Origin: a virus
Lineage: Duplodnaviria; Caudoviricetes
Strand: one strand, 5' to 3'
DNA length: 28,614 nucleotides
Virus record (IMG/VR): IMGVR_UViG_3300009703_000080
Coordinates: 1-28,614 of that record
The position numbers and the translations under genes were made by a program. The notes beneath the pieces were generated by a model. That model had not been told where the DNA came from. It saw nothing but the letters and a program-made list of their open reading frames with translations, and made no database searches. Positions 23,626 through 28,614 of the stretch are shown here, piece after piece (the stretch's first letter is position 1; every line of letters starts with the position of its first letter).

Positions 23626-25264
23626 ACAAAATGAAATAACAACATATAGCGATGCAATATCAAGATTAGCATCAGGACTCATTGAGCAAAAGAATTATCA
23701 TGTGGGTAGTTTCTATGAATTTCTTAGAGACATATGGTCACAGAGTTTTGACAACCCTGAATATTTTGGTGCTTGGCATGTGGGTGTACTAGCTGAAGAT
23801 ATTGAAGAGTGTTTAGAAACGGGACAAAACTATGTAGCAGTATTACCACGTTTCCATTTTAAATCTACAATTATGGGTCATGCATTTAGTGTATGGCGAC
23901 TTTTAAAAGCTCCGAGGGATTGTTCTGTTTTGTATCTATCTTATAGTGATGGTATGGCAAGATATCATTTATCCGAAATAAATAAAACAGTTTCAAGAAA
24001 TCCAATTCTAACTTCAATGATGGATAATCGTTCTCCAAAGGCAGATTATTCATTTAGATATTATATTAATAAAAGACCTATGGAAATTATGCATGGTGGA
24101 TTGTTTTCTTTCAAAAGAGGTATGCACGTTAACGGAGCATTGATTGCTGATGACGTATTAAGAGACCCTGAAAATCCACTAAACACAAGTCAAATAACAA
24201 AAGTAGAAGACCACTTCATGACGGAAAGTTTATTCATTCCGTTGAAAGGTGTCCCAGTTGTTGTCTTGGGAACACCTATGATGCCTGGTGATTTACTTAC
24301 CAAGTTACAAAAAGATGATAGATTCAAATCACGAGTATTACCAGCTCTAGACCCTGTACCAAACAGAAGAGTCTTAATGCCTGAGCTATACAATGAAGAA
24401 TGGTTATTGCAACAACAAGAGGCAAGACCAAAATCATTCGCTTCAGAGTTTTTATTGCAGCCACATTTTGCGACTGAAGCCTATTTTAATGAAGAGGAAA
24501 TAACTAATTGCGAGGATGCAACTCTTAGGAATCATCCTGCATCAAACATCTACAAAAAGAAAGATGAACACGAACAGCTTTTTGCAGGGTTTGACGTGGG
24601 TAAAAAAAGACACCCATCACATTTAGTTATCTTCAGAAGAGTAGGAGAGAAGTTAGAACAAGTGCACCAGTCTTGGTTAGATGGTTGGAGTTACTCTGAC
24701 CAAATAGAATATCTAAATGATATTGCAAAAAACTTTGACTTAGAAAAAGGTTACATAGATAATACTAGAGGTGAACTTGAGGATAGGGGATTAGACCCTG
24801 TATGGCATGCGATGCACTTCACTTTGAAGAGTAAACGAACCATGGCTCAAATCTTTGAAGAATACGTTAGTAAAAGTAATTTAACGTTGGTTCAAGACTC
24901 TAGGCAAAAAGAACAAATTGTTTCTGTAAGTAATGAATTAAAAGCTCCTGAAACCCCTATGGGTCACGGTGATGCTTTCTTTTCAATAGCAATGGCACTT
25001 CAAGCTGCATATGAAACAACTTTGTATAGATATGAATCTTTAGGTAGTGCATCTGATTGGTTAGACGCAGTAGACCCTTCAGGACAAGAAGAAAATAGTG
25101 CAGAAGAGTTAAAGAAGAAGATGAGTTTAGACTTCAAACCTGTTAATCAGAAAGAAGTAACAAGCGAAAAAGCTCCGAATCCTAATTGTACGGAGATGGT
25201 TTGCACCCCCAATTTTTGGGTTCCAGAAAGAAAACTTTGCATTTACTGTGGTCACAGAGGATAG
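23615..25264 (+). CDS. terL: Terminase large subunit
   Basis: Walker A-like PRFHFKST, KRGMH, Walker B LIADD, coupling motif GTP, FASEF, nuclease GFDVG and GHGDAFFS. Confidence 0.9.
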   Translation: MTNKQNEITTYSDAISRLASGLIEQKNYHVGSFYEFLRDIWSQSFDNPEYFGAWHVGVLAEDIEECLETGQNYVAVLPRFHFKSTIMGHAFSVWRLLKAPRDCSVLYLSYSDGMARYHLSEINKTVSRNPILTSMMDNRSPKADYSFRYYINKRPMEIMHGGLFSFKRGMHVNGALIADDVLRDPENPLNTSQITKVEDHFMTESLFIPLKGVPVVVLGTPMMPGDLLTKLQKDDRFKSRVLPALDPVPNRRVLMPELYNEEWLLQQQEARPKSFASEFLLQPHFATEAYFNEEEITNCEDATLRNHPASNIYKKKDEHEQLFAGFDVGKKRHPSHLVIFRRVGEKLEQVHQSWLDGWSYSDQIEYLNDIAKNFDLEKGYIDNTRGELEDRGLDPVWHAMHFTLKSKRTMAQIFEEYVSKSNLTLVQDSRQKEQIVSVSNELKAPETPMGHGDAFFSIAMALQAAYETTLYRYESLGSASDWLDAVDPSGQEENSAEELKKKMSLDFKPVNQKEVTSEKAPNPNCTEMVCTPNFWVPERKLCIYCGHRG

Positions 25265-25277
25265 GAGAAATTATAAA

Positions 25278-27158
25278 ATGACAACATTAACAACACAAGC
25301 AGAAACAGTGGCACAAAGCCGATACTATTTAAAAAATGAAAACAACGAAGTCATTGAAACAGCAGATGACATGTTTGAAAGAGTTGGTATAGCCATATCA
25401 AAAATTGATACAGAATATGGAAGAATGGATGCTGATGCATCTTTGACAGCATTGGACTTTATAGGAATGATGAAAGGACTAAAATTTATCCCGAACTCTC
25501 CTACACTTATGAATGCTGGCACAGAACAAGGCACCTTGTCTGCATGTTTTGTATTACCTTTAGAAGATAGTATGGAAGATATTATGAAAACAGCCCATGA
25601 TATAGCTATGGTACAAAAGTTTGGTGGGGGAACAGGTTTCTCTTTATCTAAACTAAGACCAAGGGGTGACCGAATCAAAACAACTCATGGTATTGCTTGT
25701 GGTCCGATTCAAGTATTACAGACACTATCTAGAGTATCATCTATGATTACACAAGGTGGTAAGAGAGATGGTGCGAATATGGCAGTAATGTCAGTCTACC
25801 ACCCAGATATATTAGAATTTATTGATTGTAAGAAGGTAGAGGGAGACATCCACAACTTCAACATTTCTGTTGGAGTAGATGCCGACTTTATGAAAGCAGT
25901 AGAAGCTAGAGTAAAGTATCCTTTAATTAATCCAAACACAAAAGAAGTTGTGGGTGAATTAGATGCTAGAGAAGTATTTGATAAAATCATTTATGGTGCT
26001 TGGAGAAACGGTGAACCAGGGATGATATTCTTAGACAATGTTAACAAAGACAATCATGTTATAGAAGAATATGGCGAAATGATTGCAACTAATCCATGTG
26101 GTGAACAACCTTTATTAGGAAATGAATCCTGTAACTTAGGCTCAATCAATCTAGCCAAGTTCTTCCACAATTCTCACAATGATGTAGATTGGGCAGAGCT
26201 AGAAAAAGTTGTAAAAACATCTGTACATTTCTTAGATAACGTAATTGATGCAAACAAGTACGCTACTCCAGAAATAGAAAAAATGACTAAAGCTACTAGA
26301 AAGATAGGTTTAGGTGTTATGGGGTTTGCAGACCTGCTAATTCAGCTACGAATTAAGTATAATAGTATAGAGGGTAGAGAATTAGGAAAACAAATCATGT
26401 CTTTTATTAGAGAAAAGGCTGATGAACAATCAATGAAATTAGCTAAAGAACGTGGAACATTTCCTGCATGGGAAAAAAGTGACTACGGAGAAGATGAAAA
26501 ATATAGAAACGCTTGTAGATTAACAGTAGCTCCAACAGGAACTATATCTATGTTAGCCGACACATCAAGTGGTGTTGAGCCAACATTTGCGTTAGCTTGG
26601 AAAAAAGCAAACATTTTAGAAGGTAAGACTCTCTACTACGTAAATAAATATTTTGAGGCAGATGCAAAGGCAAATGATTTCTATTCGGAAGATTTGATGG
26701 AACATCTATCTCAGGGAGGTTCCTTAGAATCAAGAGAAGATGTACCACCATGGGCTAAAGAAATATATGTCACAGCTCCAGAAATCTCTGCTGAAGACCA
26801 CGTTGGGATGCAAGCAGTATTTCAGGAAGATTGTGACTCAGGTATCTCAAAGACAATTAACTTTCCTAATGAAGCATCCATCGCTGATGTTGAGTCGGCT
26901 TACTTATCTGCTTGGAGATTGGGTTGTAAGGGTATTACAGTCTATAGAGCTGGAAGTCGGGAAAAAGAAGTCTTGGTTAAAGGGACTGATGAAAAAGAAA
27001 ATACAAAAGACCAAATGACATTAGACATTGACGTGACAGAAAAAAGTGAAACAGGGATTAGCACTGAATACGATTGCTGTGACAATGCAATAGTTGTAAT
27101 GGAATCAGGTTGTGAAACATGTAAAACATGTGGATGGAGTATGTGTCATGTTGCTTAA
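25278..27158 (+). CDS. nrdJ: Class II (adenosylcobalamin-dependent) ribonucleotide reductase
   Basis: PNSPTLMNAG, LSACFV, GGGTG, QGGKRDGANM, NGEPG, TNPCGEQ, SCNLGS, GLGVMG, APTGT, ISKTIN, KGITVYR, C-terminal ESGCETCKTCGWSMC; no NrdB beta subunit nearby. Start 25278 after AGGAG. Confidence 0.93.
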   Translation: MTTLTTQAETVAQSRYYLKNENNEVIETADDMFERVGIAISKIDTEYGRMDADASLTALDFIGMMKGLKFIPNSPTLMNAGTEQGTLSACFVLPLEDSMEDIMKTAHDIAMVQKFGGGTGFSLSKLRPRGDRIKTTHGIACGPIQVLQTLSRVSSMITQGGKRDGANMAVMSVYHPDILEFIDCKKVEGDIHNFNISVGVDADFMKAVEARVKYPLINPNTKEVVGELDAREVFDKIIYGAWRNGEPGMIFLDNVNKDNHVIEEYGEMIATNPCGEQPLLGNESCNLGSINLAKFFHNSHNDVDWAELEKVVKTSVHFLDNVIDANKYATPEIEKMTKATRKIGLGVMGFADLLIQLRIKYNSIEGRELGKQIMSFIREKADEQSMKLAKERGTFPAWEKSDYGEDEKYRNACRLTVAPTGTISMLADTSSGVEPTFALAWKKANILEGKTLYYVNKYFEADAKANDFYSEDLMEHLSQGGSLESREDVPPWAKEIYVTAPEISAEDHVGMQAVFQEDCDSGISKTINFPNEASIADVESAYLSAWRLGCKGITVYRAGSREKEVLVKGTDEKENTKDQMTLDIDVTEKSETGISTEYDCCDNAIVVMESGCETCKTCGWSMCHVA

Positions 27159-27375
27159 CAAAGCTATCGGTATCTTTACTGATATAATAAAAGGAAAAAG
27201 AAAAAAATCTACCGTGAATAAAGCTGGTAATTATACTAAGCCTGCCATGAGGAAACGACAGTTTGCTGCTATCAAAGCTGGAAGTAAGGGTGGTGCACCA
27301 GGACAATGGTCTGCACGTAAAGCTCAACTACTTGCACAGAGATATAAGAAAGCTGGTGGAGGTTATAGAAAATAA
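27148..27375 (+). CDS. Small basic protein, N-terminal half of a DUF5872-like protein
   Basis: NYTKPAMRKR...IKAGSKGGAPGQWSARKAQLLAQRYKKAGGGY motif; start codon uncertain (ATG 27148 or GTG 27214). Confidence 0.75.
   Translation: MLLNKAIGIFTDIIKGKRKKSTVNKAGNYTKPAMRKRQFAAIKAGSKGGAPGQWSARKAQLLAQRYKKAGGGYRK
27180..27190 (+). promoter_or_regulatory. Possible extended -10 promoter (TGnTATAAT)
   Basis: TGATATAATAA just after the nrdJ stop, upstream of the genes leading to the portal; shares TATAATAA with the repeated motif; lies inside the small ORF if ATG 27148 is used. Confidence 0.3.
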
Positions 27376-27653
27376 TGGCTAAAACTAAAGGACAAAGGTC
27401 TCTTAGTAGCTGGACTGACCAAGATTGGGATTACGTTACTACTAAAGATAAAAAGAAACCTAAGAGTAAACGTGGTAGATATCTACCTAAAAAAGTACGT
27501 CAAGGGTTAACAGCATCACAAAAAGCTGCTACTAATCGCAAGAAACGTAAAGCTGGTGGTGTGGGTAGTCGTGCTGAATATTCAAAAAAGGTAGCAAGAA
27601 AGGTAGGTCGTCTAAGTAAACTGTTAAAGTTCTTAGATGATAAACTTAGATAA
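27375..27653 (+). CDS. Small basic protein, C-terminal half of a DUF5872-like protein
   Basis: QRSLSSWTDQDW...RYLPKK....LT..QKAATNRKKRKA motif; TAATG-coupled to the previous ORF. Confidence 0.75.
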   Translation: MAKTKGQRSLSSWTDQDWDYVTTKDKKKPKSKRGRYLPKKVRQGLTASQKAATNRKKRKAGGVGSRAEYSKKVARKVGRLSKLLKFLDDKLR

Positions 27654-27743
27654 ATGATAAGTAAGATACTAATCAAATTAATTAGATTTATATTTGGAAC
27701 CATCAAAGTGATACTAGGTGGGAGTGTCTACAAAAGAAAATAA
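27654..27743 (+). CDS. Putative 29-aa cationic amphipathic peptide, absent from the ORF track
   Basis: MISKILIKLIRFIFGTIKVILGGSVYKRK; ATG immediately follows the upstream TAA; fills the gap up to the SD of the next gene; no SD of its own. Confidence 0.45.
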   Translation: MISKILIKLIRFIFGTIKVILGGSVYKRK

Positions 27744-27759
27744 TATAAAAGGAGCATAG

Positions 27760-28197
27760 ATGTATAACAGTTTGCTTAGAGACAGAGAAGTTCAGTATAT
27801 AGCTGTAAGAGATGAAACAAGTAAAACGTGGCGTATTTTAGATACGTGGCATGAAGCACTTAAAGATGTAAGTATGGAAGATGACATTCCAGATGATAAT
27901 GAAGCCATATCCATCTTAACTGAAAGTGCTTTTACTGCTTTAATTAAAGAAGCAGCAAGACTTGGAGTCTTAGAGAACGTAGATTTTGGAAGTGACAACT
28001 CATATGAGTTAGAAGAAAAAGATGCTGAAATTGCTAAACTTAAAGATGAAATTAGTAAAATAAAAGAAGAGACTAATAAAAAAGAAGAACCTTACAAAGG
28101 AATGAGTGAGGACGCAATTATAAAGTTAAAGGCGATGGAATATAATCTTAAGATTACATCTACTATAACTGACTTTGATAACTTAACTAAGGAATAA
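27760..28197 (+). CDS. Hypothetical acidic/coiled-coil protein preceding the portal
   Basis: SD AAGGAG; 145 aa; coiled-coil C-terminal half. Confidence 0.75.
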   Translation: MYNSLLRDREVQYIAVRDETSKTWRILDTWHEALKDVSMEDDIPDDNEAISILTESAFTALIKEAARLGVLENVDFGSDNSYELEEKDAEIAKLKDEISKIKEETNKKEEPYKGMSEDAIIKLKAMEYNLKITSTITDFDNLTKE

Positions 28198-28200
28198 TAT

Positions 28201-28614
28201 ATGAAGCTCGGAGACTACTTACCTGAAGTTCCAAAAATTGCACAGCAAATGACTGACTTAAATAGTCAAATCAACATGTTGCAAATGATGCAGAAGGCAA
28301 CAGGAGATACAGGAACAGCACCTACTATGGGATTAGACCACGTTGTAAATACGTGGGTCAGACATCAAATGGCATATCGTCAGCAAATGGTGCAAGACAT
28401 TCAAACAATAGCATACTCAGTAGAAGAAATACGAGCTCCCTTGAATCACATTACAGGAGAAGTTTTTAGGCGTGGAATTGAATGGCACGCTACTACAGAC
28501 AATCCTGACCCCGAACAAAAAGAAAGACTAGCTAGATTTATGGCAGATGCTAACGTGTTTGACCAAAGTCTTGAAGAAATCTTTAGACAGTTTCACTTTG
28601 ACTTAAACTCTATC
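28201..28614 (+). CDS. Portal protein, 5' part (runs off window end)
   Basis: Open frame MKLGDYLPEV...IRAPLNHITGEVFRRGIEW...EQKERLARFMADANVFDQSLEEIFRQFHFDLNSI, matching the HK97-type portal N-terminal helix pattern; downstream of TerL. Confidence 0.7.
   Translation, partial: MKLGDYLPEVPKIAQQMTDLNSQINMLQMMQKATGDTGTAPTMGLDHVVNTWVRHQMAYRQQMVQDIQTIAYSVEEIRAPLNHITGEVFRRGIEWHATTDNPDPEQKERLARFMADANVFDQSLEEIFRQFHFDLNSI

Larger units (their letters stand above)
1..28614 (+). mobile_element. Tailed dsDNA bacteriophage genome segment (siphovirus-like); no integrase or host flank in window
   Basis: Continuous co-directional run of tail, replication, recombination, terminase, RNR and portal genes with overlapping start/stop codons; no cellular housekeeping context. 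Confidence 0.96.

Noticed and set aside
26353-26364. TTAAGTATAATA inside nrdJ as a third copy of the repeated motif
   Set aside because: Imperfect match within coding sequence and not near a gene start.
26740-27018. 92-aa + strand ORF inside nrdJ
   Set aside because: Alternative frame fully nested in a conserved enzyme; no motif or clear SD.
27361-27380. Frameshift fusing the two DUF5872-like halves
   Set aside because: No X XXY YYZ heptamer before the stop; the TAATG overlap is explained by translational coupling.
141-27998. All minus-strand ORFs in the supplied track (e.g. 1012-1377, 13071-13484, 25325-25678)
   Set aside because: They lie antisense to well-supported + strand genes, lack SD sites and motifs, and have the Ser/Phe/Leu-rich composition of shadow frames.
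1-28614. Alternative genetic code (stop codon reassignment)
   Set aside because: Long genes are intact in the standard code and TAA, TAG (6684, 19086, 25264) and TGA all end genes at sensible positions.
1-28614. tRNA, rRNA, integrase/att sites, diversity-generating retroelement
   Set aside because: Intergenic gaps are too short and show no cloverleaf; no integrase, reverse transcriptase or template/variable repeat pair was seen.

Overview
The whole 28.6 kb window is part of an AT-rich tailed dsDNA phage genome (Caudoviricetes, siphovirus-like tail module). Every credible gene is on the + strand, with very tight or overlapping junctions and the standard genetic code. Gene order: end of an unknown gene, two small hypotheticals, head-tail adaptor, tail terminator, decorated tail tube, tail assembly chaperone pair with a -1 frameshift signal, short tape measure, Dit-like protein, 1412-aa tail tip with a peptidase S74 chaperone; HTH/Zn regulator and sigma-70-family factor; replication (DnaB, DnaG, SSB, family A polymerase); small nucleotide-handling genes (DUF3310, MazG-like); recombination (RecA, Vsr-like, Cas4-like, UvsY-like, RuvC-like) interrupted by a TrpF-like TIM barrel; TerS/TerL; class II B12-dependent ribonucleotide reductase; a split DUF5872-like pair; and the 5' part of the portal. 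Most notable: apparent total absence of GATC (and apparently GGCC, GCGC, CCGG, CGCG); a 13-bp repeated promoter-like motif with no -35 that may pair with the phage sigma factor; a slippery site plus hairpin in the chaperone gene; nested beta-barrel decoration domains shared by tail tube and tail tip; and a cassette-like TrpF-like gene. All family calls come from motif recognition by eye; no searches were run.
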